In this document: positions 18,825 to 30,078 of the stretch, piece by piece
Layout: each line of letters opens with the position of its first letter
How positions within the stretch are numbered: position 1 is the first letter of the stretch
Assembly: GCA_041601915.1 (NCBI GenBank)
Contig: JBFIHF010000012.1
Location: forward strand, 1 to 46,056
From: Bradymonadaceae bacterium
Lineage (GTDB): Bacteria; Myxococcota_A; Bradymonadia; Bradymonadales; Bradymonadaceae
Direction of reading: 5' to 3'
Length of the DNA stretch: 46,056 bases
Translations under genes and position numbers: made by a program
Notes under the pieces: model-generated
Seen by the model: only the letters and a program-made list of their open reading frames with translations
Databases searched by the model: none
What the model was told of the DNA's origin: nothing

Positions 18825-20578
18825 GGTTTGGGCTTCGGCGCGGGCATCGCCATGTCGACATGCATGAAGATTGCGGTCTCGCGCGGTTCGACGATCAACT
18901 CGGTGCGTCCCAGCGCGAACGCCTCGATCACGGGGCTCGCCGGCATCCCGGCCTCCGCGAACATGCCCCACGCCTTCTTGAGGTCGTAGGCGACGGTGAG
19001 GAAGGACGGCTGCGTCGGCACGGCGGAGACGATCCGTGCGGCCTCGTCGGCGATGCCCAACCCGGAGGTCACGGCCAGTGCGGACGGGGTCAGCACAACA
19101 TGCGGGTCGTCGAGGATGGCGAGCATTTCGGACGGTGGCAGCGCCAGCGGGATGCCGCCCGGATCCGGGGTCACGTTCTGGAACTCGGGCGCCAGTGTTC
19201 GCAGCCACGCGAGCAGCGCGGCGGGCGCCGTGGAATTGACGAGCGCGATGCCCTCGATCTTGAGGGAGGGACCCATCCCGAGGCCGCCGTTCGGCGGCCC
19301 CTGCGGGTTCATGGACGGTGGCGGCGTCGGCGCGGTACGGACGTTTTGAACGACCAGGGCGCCTCCGCGCAGGTTGGTGATCATCGCGGGGACGAACGCG
19401 GACTTCGCCGTGAACTCGTTGGCGAAGCCGTTGATGTCGCGGTACCACGCGCATTCATAGGGCCGCTGTTGGACCGCGAACAGCTCAGCGTTGACGACGT
19501 CGAGCAGCTTGCTGACGTCGAAGCCGAATGCCGCCACGAATGGTGCCTGCCCCGCGAGCTCCGAGTTGACGAGCGGCGCGTGGGTCGTCGTCTCGGCGAG
19601 CCGTCCGGCGATCCCGGTGGTGAGCTCGATGCCGACGCCAATGCGAGCGCGGGTGCCGGTCCACTCCTCATAGCCGAAGACCATCCGAGGCACCTGCTCG
19701 ACGAGGCGCTTGGTCTCGGCGAGACACTCCGGCGGGGTCGGGTCCCGCATGTCGCCGATCAGCAGCTGGATCTGGTCGTTGAGCCCGGTGCCCGGCTCGA
19801 GCACGATCTGAGCGACTCGCGCGAAGTCGATGAAGCCAGCGCCGAACTTCTTGAACCCGTGCTTTTCGGCGACCGGCGAGATGCGGTTGTCGTTCGCCAT
19901 CGACTTTTCGGGCAGCTTCGCGCCGAGCAGGTAGGTCGTGTACAGCTCGGCGGACACCTGTGGCGTGACGCCCCAGACGAGCTGCCGGTTGATGATCGAC
20001 ATCACGATGAGGTCGCCACCGTCGAACTTGTACGTCCAGAAGTCGGTGGTGCCGAGCACCTCACGCTGCGACGCGAAGCCGGAACGCTTCTCGACGCGCT
20101 GGACGAGCGCCCGAAACGCATCGGGGTCGTCGAGGTCCATGCGGAAGGCCGGCAAGAATCCGATGCCGTGTACCGCGAAGCGCGGGCTCGTACTGAGTCC
20201 CAGTTTCTTGAAGCCTTCGACGGAGTAGTTCCCGGACATCTCCGAGACCACGGCGTAGACGAGCTTGGTACGGGGATCGATGTACTCGTCGGCGAGCATG
20301 TCGTCGATGTTGGGGAGCATCGCCTCAATCGAGGAGGCCCAGCCCTGGATCCACGCCAGCATCGGGCCAATTGGCATCGGCTCGACGGCGACGTAGGCAT
20401 AGGGGGTGTCCGCCGGGATCGTGGCGAGGAATCCGCGCACGGGATCCTTGTCCGAGACGAGGTCCGAATCGGCCCGCTTGTTCTTGCCGCTGCACCCGGC
20501 GAGCGCCACACATACACAGATCAGCATCGCCCCGGCGGACCAAGCGGCGCGCGCGAAGGGAGTGGGGAGATTTCTCAT
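18821..20578 (-). CDS. Lipoprotein of unknown function, ~585 aa. It is the first gene of a three-gene minus-strand operon.
   Basis: Signal peptide plus lipobox MRNLPTPFARAAWSAGAMLICVCVALAGCSG. No recognisable catalytic motifs were found. Confidence 0.6.
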   Translation of the reverse strand: MRNLPTPFARAAWSAGAMLICVCVALAGCSGKNKRADSDLVSDKDPVRGFLATIPADTPYAYVAVEPMPIGPMLAWIQGWASSIEAMLPNIDDMLADEYIDPRTKLVYAVVSEMSGNYSVEGFKKLGLSTSPRFAVHGIGFLPAFRMDLDDPDAFRALVQRVEKRSGFASQREVLGTTDFWTYKFDGGDLIVMSIINRQLVWGVTPQVSAELYTTYLLGAKLPEKSMANDNRISPVAEKHGFKKFGAGFIDFARVAQIVLEPGTGLNDQIQLLIGDMRDPTPPECLAETKRLVEQVPRMVFGYEEWTGTRARIGVGIELTTGIAGRLAETTTHAPLVNSELAGQAPFVAAFGFDVSKLLDVVNAELFAVQQRPYECAWYRDINGFANEFTAKSAFVPAMITNLRGGALVVQNVRTAPTPPPSMNPQGPPNGGLGMGPSLKIEGIALVNSTAPAALLAWLRTLAPEFQNVTPDPGGIPLALPPSEMLAILDDPHVVLTPSALAVTSGLGIADEAARIVSAVPTQPSFLTVAYDLKKAWGMFAEAGMPASPVIEAFALGRTELIVEPRETAIFMHVDMAMPAPKPKP

Positions 20579-20695
20579 GGTCGTCGTCCGCAGGAGTGAG
20601 TCGCCATGCTGTACTCGATGAGCGGCGTAGTTCGCAAGGTAGTTGGCCTTTGTACGTGACTCGGAGCACCCGCGGGAAACAGCATGCCACCGGGG

Positions 20696-20724
20696 TTGAG
20701 CAATTCGGGGCGGCGGTCGATAAT
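20696..20724 (+). promoter_or_regulatory. Candidate sigma70 promoter TTGAGC-17-GATAAT, ~27 nt upstream of the giant TPR gene start.
   Basis: Near-consensus -35 and -10 hexamers with 17-nt spacing lie in the divergent intergenic region 20579-20750. Confidence 0.4.
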
Positions 20725-20750
20725 GCTCGCCACTTCGTGATGAAGAGTGG

Positions 20751-23700
20751 ATGTCCAAAGACCAAGACAAGCGCCATAACATCGACCAGACGTCCCCCGA
20801 TCTCGGTCCTGCTTTCGAGCCGGACGGGACGTTCCTGGAGGACTGGTCGATGGCGGAAGACCTCGCGGAGGGCCGCGACGGCGGCTACGCCCCGACCCGC
20901 GATCCGTCTCCTCGCAATGTCGATGACGTGCATCGGTCGGCATGGATCGATCTGGACGAAGTCGCCGACGCGGCGAGTTCCGTAATCCTGGAGCTGCTCG
21001 ATGACGAGTTCCTGGAGATCAGCAGCGGCCGAGATTTCGGCGAGGGGACGATCGACGAACTTCAGCGTGTGATGTCGCAGCCGCTCGGTGAGGCGCCGGA
21101 GCCCGAGATCCCCCGAGTGGATACGCAGGAGATCGAGATTTTCGCCGACGACGAGTCGGCGGACCCGTTTGACGCGACCGGGATTCAGATCATCGACGTC
21201 GACACCGGGGAGGTGATGCCGACGCTGGACTCGGGCTTCCTGCTGATCGACGACAACGAGTCGTCGAAGCGGAACCTCGCGATGACGCTGGACGGCGTGT
21301 CCGCGCAGATCGACCTGCCACGGCCGTGGGGTGCGTATCTGGGTGAGCTTCGCGACGAGATCGTCGCGCAATCGGACCCGAGGACGCGCGCGGCGTACAT
21401 CTTCATCTTCGGTGAGCTCATCCGGACGCTGGGCGCCTCGACGTCGAGTCGCCCCCCCGACGTCGACATCTCCGCGATCGCGGGGACGATGACGCGCCCC
21501 GATCTGCTGGAGCGGCTGTCGGCGCAGTGGGCCTCTCCGCGGTCGAGCTTCTTCGAGCTGCTCGCTCGGCTGGAGCGGCTCGACGAGCCGGAGGAAGGGG
21601 CGGTCGCGACCGTCCGGCGCTCATCGATCGTGCGCGAGCGGTTGCTCGACGGGGGGCTCGATGACGCGACGCGTCTGCGACTGCGCGAGCTACTCACTCC
21701 GCCGGAGAGCTTTCACGCGCTGGTGGTCAAGGCCGTCGATGCCCATGCGGCGGGCGAAACCGCGGTGGCGATCGGGGCATGGGAGGGGCTGAGCCAGTAC
21801 ACCAAAGGCGAGCTCGCGACGGCGTGCATCGCGCTCACGGGATGGCTGCTGCAAGGGACCCGCGGTTTGCTCGAGGTGGGCAACGCCCAGCTCGATGTCG
21901 GCCGGAACTCGCGACCGCTGCTGCTGATGATGCAGCGCGAAGCGGTGCGCTTTGCGGACCGGCTTCAGGAGGCGCGCGTGCTCAAGCGCCTGGTCGGCCT
22001 CGATGTGCACCTCGGCAAGCGGCTGCCCGACGAGGCCGGGGCCCGGTCGCGGCTCAAGGCTGAAACGGCCGCGCGCCTGTTCCGGTTGTCCACGATCATC
22101 GAGGGGATCTCCGAGACCGAGATCGCGAGCTCCGACGTCGCGGGCATGACGAGCTACTCGGTGCTGCTGGACGCGATTTCGCTGAGCGCGAAGAACCCGT
22201 TGTTTCTGCGGCGGCTCGAGGTGCAGGCGCGGCGGCGCGGCGACCAGGCGATGCTGGAGAAGGCGCTGATCTCGTTGGCGGCGGTCGTTGGCGAACCCCA
22301 CGTGCGCGCCGTGATTTGGGAGCGCATCGCCGATCTTGCGCGCCGCAGCGGCGCATCGCCGGAGATCGTCCGCGATCACCTGGAGCGGTCGTTGGACGCC
22401 GCCCCGGACTGTCTGCCGGCCTTGATCTCGATGGGACAACATCTCATCCGGACCGGCAGCTTCGAAGCGATGGTCAACCTGCGCGGCGGTCCGTCCACGG
22501 AGGAGTCGGCGGACCTGAACCTCGCGTGGCGCCGGGCGGAGCTGCTGGAACGCACCGGCGGCGACCCGGTCGAGATTCTGTCGCTGTATCGCGACGCGCG
22601 CGATGATCATCCGGCCAGCGTGCACTTGTTCTTCTGCGTCGAGCGCGCGTTGGCGCGGCTTGCCGACTGGCGCGGGCTGCGGACGTTGTACGAATCGGCG
22701 GTCGCGCCGGACAGTGGGCTCGCGGAGAACTTGCGGGCCAGTCGATTCAACGCCGAGCAGTACCGACTGGCGGTCGAGGCGTTCCTTGAGGACGCGTCCG
22801 GTGACCTGTCCGACGCGATGGTCCGGCACCTCGATCGGCCCGGCACCGCGACGGCGCAGGACGACACCGACGAACTTCGCATCGATCAAAACGTGCTCTG
22901 GCGCGTCGTCGCCGAAGAGATCGACCAGGACCCGGGGCGCACGCTGGGTCGACTCGAGGTGCTGCTGCAGACCTCGCGCGGCAAGTCGCCTGCGTGGCGA
23001 CTGCGCGCGCTGATCTGGTATGCGCACCTCGTCGAGGATGTGATGGGGGAGGCCGAGCGCGCGCTGCCCGCCTATCGTGAGGTCTTCGATCGCGCGCAGG
23101 GTGGCTTCCTGCGCCGGTGGGCGGTCCGCGGACTGCTGCGGACCGGCGACGCATCGTGGGTCGCGGAGCATCTCGCCGAGGGCGGGGGCCCCGCGTGGGT
23201 GGACCGCGACGGCGACCACGTCAGCTTCCGGCGCCGCATGGCCGCGGAGTTGATGGGGATGTCGGCCGATGCGGGCCAGGCGCTGGACATCCTCGAGGAG
23301 ATCGAGACGGACGACGATGTCGCGCTGGCCGAGCTCGCGGAGCGCGCCACCGTGCTGGCGATCCGGTCTCGGCAATGGGTTCGCGCGATCCCGTGGATGT
23401 TTCGCTGCTACCCCGAGCACTCTCGCGGCGCGCTCGCCGAGATTGCGCGCCACTTCGGTGCGGCGTTCGACGACGCCGATGAGGCCCTGCGCTACATCGA
23501 CGCGGCGCAGACGCGCACTCCGTTGGACCCCTATGTCATCTTGTGCGAACTGGAGCTCGCGTACCGCGCGCGGGATTGGGGGCGCGCGCTGGACCTGATT
23601 CAGGACGGACTCGGCACCATTGCGGCGGGCTCGATCGACTTTCGGGCGTTCTTGCTCGAGCAGGCGATCCTCGTGGCAGAGTGGGGCGAGCGCAGCGACG

Positions 23701-26700
23701 AACGCGCCCTGACGTTCCTCGAAGATCTGTGGAGCTTGCAGGCGACGGTGGGGTCGTCCCCGATTTTCGGCGCGGCGGCGTTCCTGCGCACCTACGCGCG
23801 CATGAAGCGCGGAGCCGAGCTGTCCGAGCACACCGAATACGTGCGCGCGAACTTCACGCCGTCGGTTGCCGAAGCGCTGCTCGGCGAGTCGCTCGTCTAC
23901 GAGGAGGCGTCGTCGGGAGCGGAAGCCGGGGCGTGGTACACGTCGCGCCTCGACAGCGTGCCGACCCCGCTGATCCCGTACTACCGGTTCATGGCGGCCG
24001 TGGTCGGCTGGATGTTCGGCGATCGCGACCGCACGGCGGTCCAAGACCTCGCCGACGCCACCGCGGCGAGTGACCCGACCCATCGCGTGGGCCCGTTTCT
24101 GTTGGCGATCGCGTATCGGCACGCCGACATGTACGCGTCGTGCGAGCGCCAACTGACGGCGCTGCGCACCCCGGGCCACAGCCGGCCGGTGCAGGACTGG
24201 GTGCTGGTGCGCCAACTGTTCCATCTGGCGGTGACACAGAACCAGACGCAAGAAGCGTTGGAGATGCTTCGTCAGGACGAGGCGTTCGGGCAGTTCGCCT
24301 GGTATTCGATCGCCGAGGAACTCTTCGCGCGAGCGCTGCGCGATCCGAGCGTGGTACCGGCGCTGGCCGAGCGCGCGAAGACGTCCGCCGGATCGCGGAA
24401 CCTGCATCTCGAGATCGCGGAGATTACCGGGGACCGCGAAGCGCTCGTCGCGCTGGCCGAGGACGAACTCCCCGAAGCGGTCGGCCAGGCGGAGATGCTC
24501 GCGGCACAAGGCGTCGCGGTATCGTTGCCGCGTTGGGACATCACCGACCGGCACGCCGCGCTGCTCACCAGCATCCGGGAGTCGTCGGCCGACGTCGCCG
24601 AACAGGTGGTCGACTATTTCAGCGACGTCGACGAAGAGCTGTTGGGCTCGCCGTGGTGTCCGCTTCGCGCCGTGAACGGGGATCTGCACCGGTTCGGTTT
24701 GAGCCGTGCGCAGCAGGACGCGTTGAGGCGACGCTGCGGCGAGTTCTCCGAGGTGGAGATGGGTGCGGAGGCGCGCCTGGTCTTGGCCCGGCAGCTACTG
24801 CGGTCTGGTCGGCGCGATGATGCGACGGCCTTGATGCCGCAGGGGCCAAGCTGGCACCTCGTCTCGGTCGCATGGTCGCTGTTCAACTTCGCCGTCGATC
24901 CGTTCAACCGAGATGCGAAGACGACGCACTGGGTGCTCGACCTGTGGGATCGCCGTCAAGGGATGTCTCGGAGCACCCTCGATTCGGAACTCGAGTACGA
25001 GATCGGGCGGTACCTGGAGCTCGTCGGCCAGCACGGCGAGGCGATCGACGCGATGCGCCGCGCGCTGAAGTCGTCCCCGCGGTTTCTGCCGGCGCAGGTC
25101 GCGGCGGGCCGGATGCTGATCGTCGCCGAGGACTGGCACGGCCTCGCCTCGCTGTGGGAAGCGGAGATGGAGTTCACCGAGGACGTGCAGGCGCTGGCGA
25201 GCGTCGCGTTCCGGCTCGGGTATCTGTGGGAACGCCGACTTCACGATCTTCCCGACGCGCGCCGCCACGCCGAGGACGCGTATCGACGCGTCTTGCGCGT
25301 GCGTCCGAACCACTTCCCTACGCTGCACGCGTTGCTGGGGATGGCGTATGACGCCCAGGACTGGGCCGCGGCCGCCGAACACCTCGAGGCGATCGCGACC
25401 TCGTGTCCGGATGCCGCGCTGCGCTCGTCGTATCTGTGCGAGCTCGCCGCCACGCGGGAGACGCATCTGGAGGACCTGCCGGGCGCGTGTGCCGCGTACC
25501 GCGGGGCGTTCCAGATCAGCCCGGAGTCCGTCGACGCGTTGTTTGGCGTGTTGCGCACCGACACGGACTCCCACGTCACCGTCGACGTGATTCGCGCGCG
25601 GCTGCGCCACGGCGTGACGCAGCGTGAGTTGCGCGAGCTCTGTCACCATTTGTTTGCCGCGACGCGCACCGACGCCGCGGCGGACGACCTGCTGTCCGAT
25701 GCGATGCCGACTCACTATGCGTGGCTGACCTCGAAGCTCATCCGCGGTGCGGAGGCCGGCAAGTTCGACGAGTCCGCGGCGGAGGCACTCAGCGACCATT
25801 ACGGCGAGGAGCCGACGCGGTTCATGATCGAGGCGTTCCGGCGCCGGATGGAGCCGCAGACCGTCGCAGGGATGAACAACCTCGTCGAGCTGTCACGTGG
25901 AATTGGCACGCATCCGCTCGCCGAGGGCCAGCTCGTGCGATGCATGCACTACGCGCGGCGGACAGGTGACCTCGAGGCGCTCGGCACTCTGGCGGGCGTG
26001 CGCGCACGCCGTTCGGCGACCGAGTTGGTACGTGCTGCGGAGCTGACGTGGCTCGCGGTGACGCTGATGCTGCGCGAGGAATGGGACGACGCACTGGAGA
26101 TCACCCAGCAGCTCCTCGAACAGGTGCCCAACTTTCTGCCCGCCGTGAAGACGGCGAAATACGCCGCGGACGTCGCCCAGGACTGGGAAGCGGTGGTGCG
26201 CTGGTTCGAGGCGGACGCGGTGCTGACGCTGGTGCCTGAGATCGCGTCTCGCGATCGGCTGTACGCATCCGAAGTCCAGCAACGCCACCTCGGTGACTTC
26301 GACGCCGCGCTCACTCAGCTGCGCACGGTGCTGCTGTCCAAGCCGACGCACCCCGAAGCGTTCACGAAGCTTCGCGACATCCTGCTCACGAAGCGCCAGT
26401 ATGTCGAACTACTGGAGGCCTACGAAAGTCGTGTCGCGCACACGACGTCCGAAGAGGAGCGGTCGGAGCTGCTCAACCAGATGGGCGATATCGCGCTCAA
26501 TCACGTGCGCGATCGGCCGCTGTCGATCGGGTTCTACAGCCGCTCCCTCGAGTTGCGACCGCGTCAACTCCGCCGGTTGCGCGTGCTGTCCGAGCTCTAC
26601 GAGGCCGAGCAGCGCTGGGACCGCGCGGTGGTGTGTCATCGCGCCTCCGCGGAGCTCATCGGCGATACGATCGTGCTCGGACGTCTGTGGTGCCACATCG

Positions 26701-28052
26701 GGATGTTGTACGAGACGAAGCTGCTCGACCTGAAGAAGGCCAAGAACGCGTACGCGCAGGCGCTCAAGATCGACTCGGACGCCACCGAAGTGCTGCTCGC
26801 GCTGGCGCGGGTGTGCGAGCGCCTCGAAGACTACGCGGACGCGGCGGCGCTGCAGAGCAAGGTCGTGATGATCTCCCGGGACGCCAAAGTGCTGCTCGAT
26901 GCTCGCATCGGCATCGCGCGACTGCAGCAGCGCCTCGGGGCGTCGCCGGCCGAGGTGCTGGGCGCGATCCGGAACGTCCTGTTGCACCACCCCGGCCACG
27001 GGCCGTCGATCGACGCGGCGAAGAAGGCGCTCGCCCGCACCGGGCTCCCGGGCGACACCGAAGACTTCTTCCAGGACCTGTCGCACGCGATCATCACGCA
27101 GCACGGGGCGGCGGCGTTGCCGTCGACTTACGAGATGGCGATGAATCTGGGTCACCGCGACCGCGCCTACTGCATCGCGTCGATCGCCCGCGAGCTCAAC
27201 GTGGCGTCGCCCCCGATGCAACAGATTCTGCAGGAGCTGTCGACGCAGCGCCGCTGGCCGGTGCGACCGCTGCCGCCGGAATTGACGGGGGCGGTGCTCC
27301 CCGAAGGGCTCGTCGCCCCGTTCGTCGAGCTGCTGCGCCGCAGCCGTGACGCGATCTTCGAGGGGATGGACTCGATGCCCGCCCAGCAGATGGTCAAGAA
27401 GGGGAGCCGACTGCGCGAGCCAAAGAACAAGGCGACGCAGCTGGCGTTCCAGTGGCCGGGCTTGTTTGGCCTCGAGCTGCGTGACGTCCACACGCTCAAA
27501 GGCGTCCCGGGCGGCTGTGCGGTGCACTTTGATGGCGGCGTGCGACTCGTCCTCGACGAGCGCTGGCTGGAGGTCAAGGAGCCCACGGCGCTGCTCGTCT
27601 CGCTGGGCGAACACCTCGCGGCGTGGTCGATGGGCATTGGTCCGTGGGCGTTGTTGGACCCCGACGCCCAGCAGTCGCTCTTCATCGCGATCGTCTCGAA
27701 CTACGTGCGCGGCTGGGCTCACGCGGAGCGAGCCCATCTGCCGAAGACGATCGTCTACCCACGGATCCAGCGCTGGCTGGAGCGCAAGGGCCAGAAAGTG
27801 GCGCCGTATGCGCTCGAGATCTCCGGTCGCTTTGGTGCCGCCGCGATTCGTCAGCAATTCGAGCTGTTGCACGAAGCGGAGAAACGCCTCGCATGCCTGT
27901 TGATCGACGACCCCGGCAGTGCGCTCAACGCGACGGGGCTCTTGCGCAAACCGCAAGCGGGCGAGCGGCCGGCGTGGCTGTTCATGCTCGGCGCGCCGGC
28001 CGCCCGGTTGCGCAAGGCCGTCGGGGTCACGGTGGGTGAGCCCCGGGCGTGA
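20751..28052 (+). CDS. Giant (2433 aa) cytoplasmic TPR-rich all-helical protein with an acidic disordered N-terminus.
   Basis: A single ORF uninterrupted over 7.3 kb. The N-terminal ~200 aa are D/E-rich. There are multiple TPR-like units, e.g. ...FRLGYLWERRLHDLPDARRHAEDAYRRVLRVRPNHFPTLHALLGMAYDAQDW... and ...IGMLYETKLLDLKKAKNAYAQALKIDSDATEVLLALARVCERLEDYADAA.... No signal peptide is present. Confidence 0.75.
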   Translation: MSKDQDKRHNIDQTSPDLGPAFEPDGTFLEDWSMAEDLAEGRDGGYAPTRDPSPRNVDDVHRSAWIDLDEVADAASSVILELLDDEFLEISSGRDFGEGTIDELQRVMSQPLGEAPEPEIPRVDTQEIEIFADDESADPFDATGIQIIDVDTGEVMPTLDSGFLLIDDNESSKRNLAMTLDGVSAQIDLPRPWGAYLGELRDEIVAQSDPRTRAAYIFIFGELIRTLGASTSSRPPDVDISAIAGTMTRPDLLERLSAQWASPRSSFFELLARLERLDEPEEGAVATVRRSSIVRERLLDGGLDDATRLRLRELLTPPESFHALVVKAVDAHAAGETAVAIGAWEGLSQYTKGELATACIALTGWLLQGTRGLLEVGNAQLDVGRNSRPLLLMMQREAVRFADRLQEARVLKRLVGLDVHLGKRLPDEAGARSRLKAETAARLFRLSTIIEGISETEIASSDVAGMTSYSVLLDAISLSAKNPLFLRRLEVQARRRGDQAMLEKALISLAAVVGEPHVRAVIWERIADLARRSGASPEIVRDHLERSLDAAPDCLPALISMGQHLIRTGSFEAMVNLRGGPSTEESADLNLAWRRAELLERTGGDPVEILSLYRDARDDHPASVHLFFCVERALARLADWRGLRTLYESAVAPDSGLAENLRASRFNAEQYRLAVEAFLEDASGDLSDAMVRHLDRPGTATAQDDTDELRIDQNVLWRVVAEEIDQDPGRTLGRLEVLLQTSRGKSPAWRLRALIWYAHLVEDVMGEAERALPAYREVFDRAQGGFLRRWAVRGLLRTGDASWVAEHLAEGGGPAWVDRDGDHVSFRRRMAAELMGMSADAGQALDILEEIETDDDVALAELAERATVLAIRSRQWVRAIPWMFRCYPEHSRGALAEIARHFGAAFDDADEALRYIDAAQTRTPLDPYVILCELELAYRARDWGRALDLIQDGLGTIAAGSIDFRAFLLEQAILVAEWGERSDERALTFLEDLWSLQATVGSSPIFGAAAFLRTYARMKRGAELSEHTEYVRANFTPSVAEALLGESLVYEEASSGAEAGAWYTSRLDSVPTPLIPYYRFMAAVVGWMFGDRDRTAVQDLADATAASDPTHRVGPFLLAIAYRHADMYASCERQLTALRTPGHSRPVQDWVLVRQLFHLAVTQNQTQEALEMLRQDEAFGQFAWYSIAEELFARALRDPSVVPALAERAKTSAGSRNLHLEIAEITGDREALVALAEDELPEAVGQAEMLAAQGVAVSLPRWDITDRHAALLTSIRESSADVAEQVVDYFSDVDEELLGSPWCPLRAVNGDLHRFGLSRAQQDALRRRCGEFSEVEMGAEARLVLARQLLRSGRRDDATALMPQGPSWHLVSVAWSLFNFAVDPFNRDAKTTHWVLDLWDRRQGMSRSTLDSELEYEIGRYLELVGQHGEAIDAMRRALKSSPRFLPAQVAAGRMLIVAEDWHGLASLWEAEMEFTEDVQALASVAFRLGYLWERRLHDLPDARRHAEDAYRRVLRVRPNHFPTLHALLGMAYDAQDWAAAAEHLEAIATSCPDAALRSSYLCELAATRETHLEDLPGACAAYRGAFQISPESVDALFGVLRTDTDSHVTVDVIRARLRHGVTQRELRELCHHLFAATRTDAAADDLLSDAMPTHYAWLTSKLIRGAEAGKFDESAAEALSDHYGEEPTRFMIEAFRRRMEPQTVAGMNNLVELSRGIGTHPLAEGQLVRCMHYARRTGDLEALGTLAGVRARRSATELVRAAELTWLAVTLMLREEWDDALEITQQLLEQVPNFLPAVKTAKYAADVAQDWEAVVRWFEADAVLTLVPEIASRDRLYASEVQQRHLGDFDAALTQLRTVLLSKPTHPEAFTKLRDILLTKRQYVELLEAYESRVAHTTSEEERSELLNQMGDIALNHVRDRPLSIGFYSRSLELRPRQLRRLRVLSELYEAEQRWDRAVVCHRASAELIGDTIVLGRLWCHIGMLYETKLLDLKKAKNAYAQALKIDSDATEVLLALARVCERLEDYADAAALQSKVVMISRDAKVLLDARIGIARLQQRLGASPAEVLGAIRNVLLHHPGHGPSIDAAKKALARTGLPGDTEDFFQDLSHAIITQHGAAALPSTYEMAMNLGHRDRAYCIASIARELNVASPPMQQILQELSTQRRWPVRPLPPELTGAVLPEGLVAPFVELLRRSRDAIFEGMDSMPAQQMVKKGSRLREPKNKATQLAFQWPGLFGLELRDVHTLKGVPGGCAVHFDGGVRLVLDERWLEVKEPTALLVSLGEHLAAWSMGIGPWALLDPDAQQSLFIAIVSNYVRGWAHAERAHLPKTIVYPRIQRWLERKGQKVAPYALEISGRFGAAAIRQQFELLHEAEKRLACLLIDDPGSALNATGLLRKPQAGERPAWLFMLGAPAARLRKAVGVTVGEPRA

Positions 28053-28801
28053 CCCTTCACGTCCACCGTTTCGGGACCGGCGAGCAACACCACTACCTCG
28101 GAATCCATGGATGGGGTGGCGGGTGGCGCACGTTCGAGCCACTGGCGCCGTTCGTGCCCGAGGACGCGACGCTGTGGAGCGTCGACCTGCCGGGCTACGG
28201 CAGCTCGGCCCCGCTACGCGAGTGGCGGTGGGAGCAGCTCACCGACCGCATTGTCGAGACACTCGAGGCAATCGACGCGCCGCGATTTCAGCTCGTCGGA
28301 AACTGTAGCGGCGCCGCCTTTGGACTCGCGGCCGCGTTGCGCCGCCCCGATCAGTTCGAACGGCTGGTCCTGATCGACCTGTTCGCGTACTTCCCGTGGT
28401 ACTTCGAGCTACTCGTCGCGCCCGCCGTCGGACGCATGTTCTACGCGACCGCGTTTCAGAATCCGGTCGGCCGGTGGATCACCGATCGGGGCCTCGCTGA
28501 TCACCGGGCCGAGGATTCGGACCTGACCGCTTCGTTCGAGGCGCTGGACCATGACGTCGTGCACCAGTATCTGCGGATGTTGCACCAGTTGCCTGCGGTG
28601 GCGACATTTGCCGGCCTGCAGCAGCCGATCGTGCTGGTGTACGGCGAGCATACGTTCGGCGCGGTACGCGAATCGGTGCGGCGCTGCTCGCGGATCTGGC
28701 CCCACGCGCGGGCCGTCGAACTCGCCGGCGCGGGCCACCTGCCCATCCAGGAGGCGACCTCCACGCTCGCGGCGCAGATCTTCGCCGGCACGATGCAATG
28801 A
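28049..28801 (+). CDS. Alpha/beta-hydrolase-fold protein with Cys at the nucleophile-elbow position (GNCSG).
   Basis: A GTG start overlaps the TPR gene stop (GTGA). There is an HG oxyanion motif (IHGWGGG), an elbow VGNCSGAAFG and a C-terminal GAGHLP histidine. Confidence 0.65.
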   Translation: MTLHVHRFGTGEQHHYLGIHGWGGGWRTFEPLAPFVPEDATLWSVDLPGYGSSAPLREWRWEQLTDRIVETLEAIDAPRFQLVGNCSGAAFGLAAALRRPDQFERLVLIDLFAYFPWYFELLVAPAVGRMFYATAFQNPVGRWITDRGLADHRAEDSDLTASFEALDHDVVHQYLRMLHQLPAVATFAGLQQPIVLVYGEHTFGAVRESVRRCSRIWPHARAVELAGAGHLPIQEATSTLAAQIFAGTMQ

Positions 28802-28965
28802 GTTCTTGAGCCGGCCCCGTGCGTTCGTTATGCTCTAGAAACTTGGGAAAGACTGGAGGGGGATTGCAACCTACCTCGCCACTCGCGATGCTCGGCGAGT
28901 GCGGGGGCGTTGTGTTTTGGGCGTGATCGCGCAGGGTCACGACCCCAAGGACCGGCTGTGGTAGA

Positions 28966-30074
<1,109 letters not shown>

Positions 30075-30078
<4 letters not shown>

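Noticed and set aside
18860-20599. 579-aa plus-strand ORF antisense to the lipoprotein gene.
   Set aside because: It has an Arg/Gly/Glu-rich composition and no features. The minus strand encodes a lipobox protein that starts an ATGA-coupled operon.
21690-28142. Large minus-strand ORFs (21690..24689, 999 aa; 24795..25799; 26409..28142, 577 aa) antisense to the giant TPR gene.
   Set aside because: They are R/A/G/P-rich with no domain signal. The plus frame is a continuous TPR protein with a coherent repeat structure and operon coupling.
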